Part shown: positions 21,714 to 32,426 of the stretch, one piece after another
How positions within the stretch are numbered: position 1 is the stretch's first letter
Layout: the number at the start of each line of letters is the position of its first letter
Assembly (NCBI RefSeq): GCF_001194135.2
Contig: NC_068990.1
Location: 23,148,370-23,186,042 of the forward strand
Length of the DNA stretch: 37,673 nt
Direction: 5' to 3'
Source of the DNA: Octopus bimaculoides
Taxonomy: Eukaryota
Position numbers and translations under genes: made by a program
The notes under the pieces: generated by a model
Database searches by the model: none
Told to the model about the DNA's origin: nothing
What the model saw: the letters and a program-made list of their open reading frames with translations, nothing else

Positions 21714-21880
21714 TATGGTAGAATTTACGAAAAAAAAAACAACAACAACAGACGAGGACAGGTGGTGTAAACAACAAAAGGATGTATTAATTTAACGCTC
21801 GGGAATACAGAAAGTCTTTAACGTTTCGAGCTACGCTCTTCAACAGAAAGAATACAGAGAAAACAAGGAGAAAAACACGG
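21714..21880 (-). mobile_element. Penelope-like/retrozyme terminal-repeat fragment, family P1 copy 2
   Basis: Homologous to 1470-1640; lies between (TA)n and (TATG)n. Confidence 0.5.
21815..21851 (-). ncRNA. Minimal type I hammerhead ribozyme fold, U6 core variant
   Basis: Minus strand reads UCUUU-CUGUUGA-A-GAGC-GUA-GCUC-GAAAC-GUU-AAAGA: 5-bp helix I, 4-bp helix II, ACGU palindrome, GUU triplet. Confidence 0.6.
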
Positions 21881-21888
21881 AGAAAAAA

Positions 21889-21919
<31 letters not shown>

Positions 21920-21926
21920 TTTATGT

Positions 21927-22177
21927 ACTGTGCAGCACCTTGGACAAGTGTATTTTACTAAGCCCTATATGAGTATTGTTTGGCCTGTGCTACCGCTTGA
22001 CAAGCAGTGTTGGTTTGTTTACGTCTTCCTGACATAGTAGTTCGGATTAAAGAAACCGGTAAAATAAGTATCAGACCTAAAAATAAAAAAAAGATGTACT
22101 TCGAAACGGTGCTGTAGCATGACACAGTTCAGCGACTGAAACAAGATAAGAATAAGAGAATATAAGAATAAAAGAAT
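21927..22177 (+). mobile_element. SINE family B, degraded and internally deleted
   Basis: gcaccttggacaagtg..cgcttgacaagcagtgttggtttgtttacgtc..gactgaaacaag with an (ataaga)n tail. Confidence 0.7.
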
Positions 22178-23149
22178 GTAGAACGGATTTAATTTAAGAC
22201 ACATTGCAAGAAATGAATTATTTTCTTTTTTTAAAACCTGACACTCTCGTGATATTCATATAAGCGTATTGGATCATCCTTTTGTAGATAATGCTGTAAT
22301 GCAGCAAACTTAGCTACTTCACTTAGGCCCCGATTTTCACACTGAGAGAGGAGCTATCTGTTGGTTTACATTATGAAATATCTGACATGAAAGTAAAAGC
22401 CTAGAAGCTATGTAAATGCATCATTATCATGAGAAAAATGTGCCATTGTGTAACCGCTTTAATCATAACCTTCGCTGACATTTCATCTGACGAGAATATA
22501 AGCCAATATTCTTGAGAGAATTCCAATGCTGCTGCATGGATGACTGATATCCTTCATTTTGTATGGGTTAGGTTTTCATATTAAGTTGCATAAAGCAATG
22601 TTTAGAATTAGTAATCACATCACTCTATTAAATTATCACGTGACATACATTAGTCACATGCCAACTATTTCGTTTGGAATGCATTTGCAGAATTAATGGT
22701 TTATTGCTAAGAATGTGGAGATTGCTGATCAGTTCCTTATGTTATGATCTAATATGTCAAATTCTTTAATAAACCAGTTCAGTACAAGAAATCCATATAT
22801 TTCGGCTGCGCTATAAAAGCATTTTAGCACATACAATCTTCTTACAGTTCTTAATGAGAATATTTTTTGATAGAAATTTTTCTAATATTAACTTCAGCAG
22901 AAAAGGAAGACTAGGTAGTCAGATACGACTAGAGTTTATTACATGTTAGTTAAACAAACATCGTTTGAAGGGTTCTACTTCAAAAAACGTATGCTTTGTT
23001 TCATGAAATGTTTCTAACTAATAAATCTTGTGAAATTGGTAATTTTCCCACTTTTAACTGCTCGTTCTCATTTTATATTACTAATGTCTAGTTTGTTTAA
23101 TATGCAACTCGACGCTTATAAAGGCTTCATGACTTCTATTTAGTATCTA

Positions 23150-23362
23150 GTGGTGATAGAGCAGAATCGTTAACACGTCATGAAAAATGGTTAGCGAAAT
23201 TTCTTGTGGGTCTTTACACTCTGAGTTCAAATTCTGCTGTTTGACATTACTTTTCATCCTTTCTGTGTCAGTAAAATAAGTAACAGTTGAGCACTTGAGT
23301 CGATGAAATCGATTTAACCCCGACCCAGAAATTGCTGGCATTGTACCAAAATTTGAAAATAT
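23150..23362 (+). mobile_element. SINE family A monomer, degraded
   Basis: gcagaatcgttaacacg..ctgagttcaaattc..aaattgctggcattgtaccaaaatttgaaa. Confidence 0.8.
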
Positions 23363-23398
23363 TTGGTGTCCTCTGCATATCTTTAGTCACTTCGTTTA

Positions 23399-23727
23399 AA
23401 GGTGCGTAGCTTCGTAATTAGAGGTATTCAGCTCACGATCGCAAGGTCATGAGTTCACTTCCCAGTGGTGCATTGTGTCCTTGAGCAAGGCACTTTATTT
23501 CACATTGCTCCAGTTTACTCATCTGGCAAAATTGAGTTTTACCTGTAATTCAAAGGGCCAGCTTTATCACATTCTGTGTTATGCTGAATCTCCCTGGGAA
23601 CTACGTTAGGGATACGCGTGTTTGTAGAGTACTCAGCCACTTGCACGTTAATTTCACGAGCACGCTGTTCCATTGATTGGATCAACTGGTACAGACATCG
23701 TCATCGTCGCAAACCGACGGAAGCCAG
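23399..23727 (+). mobile_element. SINE family C, type-2 head
   Basis: Head with gagttcacttccc, middle ccttgagcaaggcactttatttcacattgctcc, and the C tail. Confidence 0.8.
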
Positions 23728-24362
23728 TAAGTCACTTCGTATTTTTATTGAAAAAATTGGATGATTATCTCAGCATTTTAATAGAGTAATTTTGCAACCT
23801 TGCAAATTTATATATATATATTTTTTTAAAATCTGTTGTGTCTTTTTTGGTGGATAATCTCAAAAACTTTATTTTACTACTTTTTCAGGGTTCATTTTAT
23901 AATTCTCTTCCTCTGTGACATGTTTTTCGTTCATTCTATTGGAAGGATTATCTCATTCTTTTCATTCAAGTCATTCAACATCACTCAACTATTCTTTTTA
24001 ATGGTCTTCATTTTATTTCGCATTCCTGAAGTTGTAATATTCAGCCTATTATCATACATCAGTCATTTTATTTATTTACGTATTTATCTGTATTTATTTC
24101 GCTCTTTAATTCCTGTAGTTAAGAGAACTGAAAAACATGCATGAGAGAATTCTGCCCATATAATTTGATAAACTCACGATATAACAACCAGACCATTCCC
24201 CCAAAGACACCCATAATATCTCTTAATTTACACTGTTCTTCAGAAAGAAAGAAAAATTGTTTTTCGGTTTAAAGATGACTATTAAAGTGACATTTAGCAT
24301 GTTCAAGTAAAATAATACACATGCTAACAACCTTAAACAACTTGTCATGCAGCGTAAAGGAG

Positions 24363-24404
<42 letters not shown>

Positions 24405-24755
24405 GAGGGGGAGAGATGGATGGAGGAAGAGAGAGGTGAGGGAATAAACTGTAATAGTATCTTCATGTAATTTCCCTTGTGGAATAAGGTATTGCACTGT
24501 TACAGAGACAAGAAGGAAAACAAATAGTTTGTTGTTAAGTATGTGTTTGACTAAGATAGAATCTGGTTGGTGAGCCAGAACGGTGAAATACTGGCACTGT
24601 CTTCTGAATAAAGTTTCTCTTCAGATGCTGCTAAATAAAATTCTTCCACCTTCGAATCCCACTTTTCTTCAAAAGTCGTAAAGCTTCTTGTAAAGTGAGA
24701 AGTCAGAAAAAAAAAATCGATATCAGATAATTATCATTATTATTATTGAGTAAAA

Positions 24756-25411
24756 AGGCGGCGAACTGCCAGAAACGTTAGCACGCCGGGCGAAATTTTT
24801 AGCGGAATTTCGTCTACCTTTACGTTCTGGGTTCAAATTCCGCCGGGGTCGTCATTACTTTTCATCCTTTCGGAGTCGATAAAATAAGTACCTGTTGTGT
24901 ACTGAGGTCGATGTAATTGACTTATCCCCGCCCCCGATATATGAGGCCTTGTGCTTATAGTAGAAATGACTATTATTATCAGTTAAAAGTGGTGATCTGA
25001 CAGACTCGTTAGCATGCCGGAGAAACTGCTTAGCAGCATTTCGTCCGTCTTTACATTCTGAGTTCAAATTCTGCCGAGGTCGACTTTGCCTTTCATCCTT
25101 TTGGGGCCGATAAATTAAGTACCAGTGAAACACTGGGGTCGATGTAATCGACTGTTCTTTTCCCCTCACATTTCAGGCCTTGTGCCCGTAGTAGAAAGGA
25201 TCATTATTATTATTATTGTTAAGCCGACAGGTGGTAGAATCGTTAGCACAGCAAGCAAAGTGTTTGGTGGCGTTTCGTTCGTCTTTCCGTTCTGAGTTCA
25301 AATTCCACCAAGGTCAACTTCGTCTCTCGTCCTTTCGGGGCAGATCAAATAAGTATCAGTTACGCACTGGTGTTGATGTAAACAACTTGTCCTCTCCCCC
25401 AAAATTTCAGT
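24756..25411 (+). mobile_element. Three head-to-tail family A monomers (24756-24977, 24988-25215, 25222-25411) separated by (ATT)n tails
   Basis: Three repeats of gttagca..ctg(a/g)gttcaaattc..cctttcgg..gtcgat(g)t. Confidence 0.85.
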
Positions 25412-25529
25412 AATTAAAAGCAAAAGCACCCACCTCACCACATTTGTAGGGCGATTTTACGTAAGGTTGCTATCCTTCAAATTCCCCTAACAGCTTATTG
25501 ATGAACTACGTGGGTGGTTGGATGGATCT

Positions 25530-25625
25530 TCCATATTACTCCGTGAGGAGCATAGGGCCATAAGATCTTTCTCGAGTCTTACAGGACTATTTTTTCTATT
25601 CGGCTTCTGAGACGTACAAATATTT
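25530..25625 (-). mobile_element. RTE-clade LINE extreme 3' remnant
   Basis: Minus strand ..atggccctatgctcctcacggagtaa translates MALCSSRS, matching the ALCSxxS ending typical of RTE ORFs. Confidence 0.5.
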
Positions 25626-25647
25626 TCCCCTACGTCGCAAGAATATT

Positions 25648-25782
25648 CGTTTTTCCCAGCTGAATGGACTGGGGCAACATTAAATAAAGTGTCATGCTCA
25701 AGGACATATCGCATTGCTCGCTCTAGGAATCGAAACCGCAATCTTACGATCATGAGTTCGACACCCGAACCACTACGCCTCC
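25648..25782 (-). mobile_element. SINE family C/D-type head and middle, truncated
   Basis: Reverse complement gaggcgtagtggttcgggtgtcgaactcatgatcgtaagattgcggtttcgattcc..ccttgagcatgacactttatt. Confidence 0.7.
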
Positions 25783-25807
25783 ATGTTAAAACTTTGATGT
25801 AAAATAA

Positions 25808-26235
25808 TTGCTTGAGGTACTTCGATGTGGGACCGATCCAGAGACCCTATGGTTGCGAAACAACTTTTTAAACTGCGCAGCGATGTCTATATACCTAGCT
25901 ATATGGTCTTCTGCATAGTAACCATCGTTGAAATTGCCCTCGAGTGTTGATGAAGAATCCCTATGGTGTAAGACAGTTGTTTTAGGGGTGGCAAAGTGGA
26001 ACCGAAACAGTTGCACTACAGTTATAAAACGAACTTCTTAACTGCACAGCGATATTTGCATGAATAGTTATACTTTGACAGTCTTCCGTACAGTTTCCAT
26101 CAAAGAAATTGCACTCTCAACATAATGGTGAATATCTATTTATATGACAATTGTTTGAGGTACTACGAAGTGGGATTGAGCCCAAAACTCTATTGTTACG
26201 AAATGAACATCTTAACTGCAGAGCAATGCCTGCAG
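25808..26235 (-). mobile_element. Three old family B-like head fragments (about 25810-25890, 25995-26055, 26155-26235)
   Basis: Recurrent gaggtac..gtggga..ac..cttaactgc.cagc.atg is the reverse complement of the B head. Confidence 0.5.
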
Positions 26236-26802
26236 TTGCACAGTGTTGTCAGCCTTGAAGCTAACCATGAAATTTTATACACAAACATACATAACAAGCT
26301 ACGATGCTAGTCAAGAAAGCAGAATTATTCATAAGAAAATACTATTTATTCACTTGTCTTTCCATATGACTTTTGCTTCAGGTGTCATCGATAACTTCCA
26401 GGCATTCGTCGCCTAGCAACGCCACCTAATATTCCTAACAAACTATGGCAAGTGCTTAATTTAACGGATTATATTCAATATAGACAGAGAGATACAAACG
26501 GGACCAAACAGCTGAAGATAGAAAGACAAGTAAGGTTTATAAATGGATGAGAGAGAGACACCGTGAAGTCATCTACAGAACCCATATTATTCTTCATGAC
26601 AATCTACTGTGCACTGAAATTATCGAAAGTCTAGAAAAATATGTTGCAATCATTTACGTTCTGAGTTCAAATTCCACGTTGGAAGTCGATAGACTTAACG
26701 TTTCTTCTGTTTAGGAGTTAATGAAAATACATCAAACGGAAACTGTTGGTTTCGAATTTGACTGTCTTGTCGTCGAGAATTTGTGGCCTTGTCTCAGAAA
26801 CG

Positions 26803-26807
<5 letters not shown>

Positions 26808-26857
<50 letters not shown>

Positions 26858-26979
26858 AGCTGCTGCTGTTACTACTACTACTATTATTGCTGCTGCTGCT
26901 GCTGCCGCTACCGTCAACAACACTACTACTATTGATATTACCACTACTACTACAACCAACACTACTACTACCACCCATA

Positions 26980-27011
<32 letters not shown>

Positions 27012-27095
27012 GCTGCTACTGCTGCTACTGCTACTGCTGCTGCTGCTACCATCACCAACACTACTACAGCTAATACTAGCACTATTACTACCACC

Positions 27096-27140
<45 letters not shown>

Positions 27141-27176
27141 GTACTGCTATCACCACCACCATCACCACCATCACCA
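26808..27176. repeat. Compound (ACT)n/(GCT)n/(ACC)n array
   Basis: Direct reading; it explains the poly-T/L/V ORFs. Confidence 0.95.
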
Positions 27177-27564
27177 GATGAGAGGAACCTATACTACGCT
27201 GTTCGATGATCTGCTGTACATAGCAGTCACTTATCCCTCATATCCCATTCTGCCATCGTATAAAAAGGGAGAGTCACAACTGGAACGCCTTTGATCATAG
27301 ATCTACGAGACTAATACTAACATGGCGCTAAATAGCAAGAAGTACATTGCATATTGTCTATCCTTCTACCGTAAGCGGTGCTTGACCTTAACGTGGCTTA
27401 ATGAAGCCGAAGTGTAACAAGAAACGGGTGAGGGGCCAGATTTAAGGGCTGCAAAATTTCCTTTTGATTATCTTAACGTGGGGTTAGATATGAAGGATGG
27501 TAGCATTTTCTTTTGCTTGTCCTACCTGTTTATCCTTTTCCAGTCATGTTTATCAGATGTGAGT

Positions 27565-27936
27565 GGAGGCGCAATGGCCCAGCGGTTAGGGCAACGGACT
27601 CGCGGTCGTGGATTCACGGTTTCGATTCCCAGACCGGGTGTTGTGAGTGTTTGTTGAGCGAAAACACCTAAAGCTCCAGTGGGATGGTGGCGAACCCTGG
27701 TGTACTCTTTCACCACAACTTTCTCTCGCTCTTTGTTCCTGTTTCTGTTGTTGTACCTGTATTTCAAAGGAGCCAGCCTTGTCTCACTCTGTGGCACGCT
27801 GAATCTCCCCGAGAACTACGTTAAGGGTACCACGTGTTTGTGGAATGCTCAGCCACTTACACGTTAATTTCACGAGCAGGCTGTTCCGTTGATCGGAGCA
27901 ACTGGAAACTTCGTTGTCGTAACCGATGGAGTGCCA
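27565..27936 (+). mobile_element. SINE family C, type-1 (tRNA-Arg-like) head, full length
   Basis: ggcgcaatggcccagcggttaggg..ctcgcgg..ggtttcgattccc (A and B boxes, TCG at the anticodon-like position), then the C tail ending accgatggagtgcca. Confidence 0.85.
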
Positions 27937-28326
27937 CGACGACGATCACATCTGATACTCAGGACATATTGCCATTTCACTGGCGTCCGGGCGTCATATA
28001 TGATACATATTCCCAATTCTTTTTCAACTACCTCAGTAATTTAGGACTCATGAAAGGAAAGCTTTATACTACTCACAATGCATGAAGCAATCAATGTAAG
28101 AAGCTAGCTAAATATCTGAAAACAATCATGGGTCTTTAAAACAAATTTATGAAAATACATTGTTCAGGCAAAGGGTAAAATGTGGGCGCCAAAAGTGTTT
28201 TACTCCACGGGCGCTAAAACCCAAGTTGCTACGCCAATGACCAGAGGGCAATTAGATCGGCCATACGTTTGCTTTCAGTTGGGTTGCCGTGTACGTACAC
28301 AAGAAATCAGTACTTGGGCGATGAAA

Positions 28327-28882
28327 GTGACGAGCTGGCAAAATCTGTCGTGAATCGGACAAAATGCTTTGTGGCATGTTTTCCAGGTCTGTATATTGGT
28401 TTCAAATTTTGGCACAAGGCCAGCAATTTCAGGGTTTTGAGACAATGTAAGGAATAAATATTCTTTTAAACATTGGCACAAAGCCAGCAATTTTGAGGGG
28501 CGGGAAAATTGATACGATCGACCCCGAAAGGATGACAAGCAAAATCGACCTGTGTGGCATTTGAACTCAGAACACCAAGAGCTGGAAAAATTTACGCGAA
28601 GCTTTTTATACGGCTTGCTAACTATTCTACCAGTTTCCCTGCTTTCGAGGGGTCAAATCTTATTAAATTCCTTTCTACAACAAGCACAAGGCTTGGAAAT
28701 TAGTTGGAAAGGGCTTGTCAATTACATCGGCTCCAGCGCTTCGCTGGTACCTAATTCATTGACCCCGAAAGGGATGAAAAGCAAAGTCGACGTTAGCAGA
28801 ATTAGAGCTCAGATCATAAAGACGTACGAAATGCTGCTAAGCATTTTGCCCAGCATACTAACGACTTTGTCAGGTCTCTGCC
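28327..28882 (-). mobile_element. Cluster of family A pieces: plus-strand head 28327-28392, minus-strand tail 28398-28435, minus-strand copies 28468-28640 and 28672-28882
   Basis: gaccccgaaagg(g)atga..gcaaa.tcgac and tggcacaa.gccagcaattt motifs. Confidence 0.7.
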
Positions 28883-30207
28883 TTTGTGGAAATTTAATAT
28901 TAAATAATATACCTGATTCAGGTTTTGCTAAAGTTTTTGATTTCTGTTCATTTATTTGGTATATAATCTTGAAAGCAACACGTTCGGTAATCTAATACAG
29001 CTTTGTTAATACACTTCAGATTAATACGGTATAGTTTAATTAATTTTGTTCTTAATATCTAAACCATTTATCTATATTAACAGATTTTACATTTTCTCTT
29101 ACCGTTGAAATTTCACGATTAAAATCTTATTATATAATAATTATATATATTATATAATATTAAATATATATANNNNNNNNNNNNNNNNNNNNNNNNNNNN
29201 NNNNNNNNNNNNNNNNNNNNNNNNNNNNNNNNNNNNNNNNNNNNNNNNNNNNNNNNNNNNNNNNNNNNNNNNNNNNNNNNNNNNNNNNNNNNNNNNNNNN
29301 NNNNNNNNNNNNNNNNNNNNNNNNNNNNNNNNNNNNNNNNNNNNNNNNNNNNNNNNNNNNNNNNNNNNNNNNNNNNNNNNNNNNNNNNNNNNNNNNNNNN
29401 NNNNNNNNNNNNNNNNNNNNNNNNNNNNNNNNNNNNNNNNNNNNNNNNNNNNNNNNNNNNNNNNNNNNNNNNNNNNNNNNNNNNNNTATATACATGTACG
29501 TATATATATATATATACATGTACGTATATATATATATGTATGTATGTATGTATGTATATGCATACATACATGTATACGTATATAGATTATACACGCATAC
29601 ATATAATATATGAGTATACACGTGCACTTGTGAATACGTGCGTGAGTATATGACTGTAAGATCAACATTGGTGCAATCTTCACAATTTCTTTTTCCTCGA
29701 CGTTTTGTTACATGTGCTTCAGGAGCAATTTCACGAAAATGTAGTTGTACCTCACCGAATAAAATTTGGAATCTAAACAATCTTAGATTTTCTATCAATA
29801 GATAAAAGTTCTCTTAGAACCAGTCTCTCCAATGGAAACCAGATACCAATCTCAGAACTGTCCATTCTGAATACGTTGAATACGTTTTCTTTTAAGTTTT
29901 GCGGCGACGCTATCTAATCAACATAATCAGTTGATAGAAACTTAACTTAAAAGGTGTTATGTGTTAAGCTTGGCACGTTCACCTTGATACGTGCTTTACC
30001 GATATGTACCATGCAGTGCTTTAGATGTTACTCAGACCAGATAGATATATTTTCTGTTGTGTGATGTATTATCGTTAAAATATATTTATTTATTTATTTG
30101 TGTGTTTGTCGATAATAGGTCACAAATTTGACTGAGCTTCTCAATTATTGGTGAAGCAGCTATATTAGTCGCAGGTGCGAACACACACAGCGAAAAGATT
30201 AGTACAT

Positions 30208-30661
30208 AGGTTTCAAATTTTGGCACAATGCCAGCAATTTCGCCGTGAGAGGGTAAATCAATTACATTGACTCCAGTGCTCAACTGATAACCAAATGGAC
30301 GAAACGCAAAGCCACCCTCAGCAGAATTTGAAATCAGAACGCAAAGACAGACGAAATGCCGCTAAGTATATTTGCCCGGCGTGCTAACGATTGTGCCAAC
30401 TCGCCGCCTTCACCTAGTCTTATATGTTAGTTTCAAATTTTGGCACAAAGCCAGCAATTTTGTAGGAGGGGGTAAATTGATTACATCAACACCAGTGCTC
30501 AAGTGGTACTCATTTTATCGAAGCCGAAAAGGTGTAACGTAAAGTAGCCCTTAGCTGAATTTGAACTCAGAACGTAAAGACGGACGAAATGCCGCAAAAC
30601 ATTTTGTCCGGGATGCTAACAATTTCGCCAGACCGTCGCCTTTACCTAGTCTTACATATTA
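30208..30661 (-). mobile_element. Two tandem family A monomers (period about 220 bp) sharing flanking sequence
   Basis: Both begin gtttcaaattttggcacaa.gccagcaattt and end tcgcc....acctagtctta. Confidence 0.8.
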
Positions 30662-31145
30662 TGAACAATGCCGTGCAGCAATTACTTATGACACATGATA
30701 GCTATTGATCACGTAAAAAAGAATTTGCGTTACACATATATACAGGTCGTCGTCGACTTTACGACCTATCCAACTTACGACCGATCGACTTTACGATGAT
30801 TAGCGCACCAACTCCCGGCAGTAATAATAAATAGTCCAGTTGAAATATAATGGGTTTAATTTCTTAGAAATTAACCCGTCTACGGATGATGTCAGCTAAC
30901 AAACGCTTCCCCTAGATATGGTTATCGACCACCACTGTGTTGGATGACAACCTTGTCGCGGAGACATCGAGGAAACCTCGTATTTGTTTATAAGACGATT
31001 GCTTGAGAGTCCGAAATTTTTGACTAACGCCAATATAATTGTGTAATACAGAATGCTGTGTGTGACTTTTACCTGAGAATGTACCTCAAGAATGTAAAAA
31101 TATTAAACAAAGCTATGTAAGCGTATAAACCGACTTACGACCTAA

Positions 31146-31260
31146 TCGATTTATTCTATCGGATTCTTTTACTGAACCGCTTGATTACGCGGACGTAAAT
31201 ACACCAACATCGGTTGTCAGGTAGTGGTGAAGGTGCAAGCACAGACACAAACACACACAT
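31146..31260 (-). mobile_element. SINE family B 3' fragment
   Basis: ttattctatcgg..gaaccgct..gacgtaaatacaccaacatcggttgtca is the reverse complement of the B tail. Confidence 0.7.
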
Positions 31261-31633
31261 GCACACACGTAGGTAGATAAATAGATAAATGGAAAGAAAG
31301 AAATAAAGAAACAAAGATAGATTGATAGATAGATGGATAGATAGATANNNNNNNNNNNNNNNNNNNNNNNNNNNNNNNNNNNNNNNNNNNNNNNNNNNNN
31401 NNNNNNNNNNNNNNNNNNNNNNNNNNNNNNNNNNNNNNNNNNNNNNNNNNNNNNNNNNNNNNNNNNNNNNNNNNNNNNNNNNNNGGGGTCAATTCCTGCC
31501 CTTGAAAATACACACAAATGAAGCCTAGGTGCTTCGCAACAAAATTATTAAAAAATTCCAACAAAAAGTGGACAGTAAAAGGTCAAATAAACGTTTACCT
31601 TCGCAGCCGATGTGACAGCACGTCCGTGAGAAG

Positions 31634-31666
<33 letters not shown>

Positions 31667-31725
31667 TGAGAAATAACGATAAACGCATGGTCATATTATT
31701 AGTTCCTACGAACATTTTCAGTCGT

Positions 31726-31928
31726 GCTTTAGGTATTTCGAGTGCATTTGGATGCTTAACCAGAATGGATCATCCGTGAAAACTTTATTGCATTAAGTTA
31801 CAGAGAACTAACGCTCACTAATTCTCGATACCTTAATGGACGCCAGCTCTCTGTAACTTAGCGCAATAAAGTGTTCCCTGATGATCCGTTCTGGTGGAGC
31901 ACTCAAATGCACTTGGAACATCTAATGC
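31726..31928. repeat. Foldback hairpin element of about 200 bp, copy 1
   Basis: Inverted arms of about 84 nt (..gagtgcatttg..ttaagttacagaga.. and ..tctctgtaactta..caaatgcact..) around a spacer of about 35 nt. Confidence 0.8.
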
Positions 31929-32242
31929 TGGATTCCAAACAGTCAATCGGAACCACTTGTGGTCGTCAGTCGACGACGACCTGTATTAGATCCTTTATAA
32001 ATCACTTAACAGCTAGTTGTCACATATAATAACTAAACAACATGCATAATCATCATATACCATAGTAATTTATTACACTTTTTCACATGTGCTATTCATA
32101 TATATCATACACCACGGCTGCTTATGTTTCACAGCAATATCTCGCAGACGGTATTGATATGCCATATAAATATCGGATACCAATCTCATTAAAGTAACTT
32201 GTCACACATTATATCAATCGAGTAAGCACTGCATCTATAATA

Positions 32243-32426
32243 AGGCGCAGGAGTGGCTGTGTGGTGAGAAGCTTGCTTCCCAACATCAGGTTTCCGGGTA
32301 TAGTCTCACAGCGTGGCACCTTGGGCAAGTGTCTCCTATTATAGCATCAGCATTACCAGAGCCTTGTGAGCTGATTTACTTGACAGAGACTGAAAGGGGC
32401 CTTTCATATATATATATATATATATA
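32243..32426 (+). mobile_element. SINE family B 5' half running into an N gap
   Basis: caggagtggctgtgtggtgagaagcttgcttcccaac..gcaccttgggcaagtgtc then (TA)n. Confidence 0.85.

Larger units (their letters stand above)
30743..31983. mobile_element. Tigger/pogo-like MITE split by about 790 bp of nested material
   Basis: 16-bp perfect TIR caggtcgtcgtcgact at 30743 and its reverse complement ending at 31983, TA on both sides, subterminal gacttacgacc repeats. Confidence 0.7.

Noticed and set aside
22487-22516. CTGACGA followed by a 6-bp hairpin (possible plus-strand hammerhead)
   Set aside because: The hairpin is followed by TTGAG rather than GAAA, and there is no helix III or cleavage triplet.
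23836-24144. 102-aa hydrophobic ORF
   Set aside because: T-rich low-complexity DNA naturally yields F/L/I-rich, stop-poor frames.
27565-27640. tRNA-Arg-like sequence (also tRNA-like heads at 4240, 12731, 18879, 19310, 23399)
   Set aside because: Each continues directly into a SINE body and lacks a full cloverleaf and terminator; these are SINE heads, not tRNA genes.
27978-28239. Possible MITE with CA(C/T)TGGCGT termini
   Set aside because: Only about 9 bp of terminal similarity and no matching TSD.
31879-31905. CTGATGA inside the foldback elements (also near 33486)
   Set aside because: No GAAA follows the putative helix II; it is simply part of the inverted arm.
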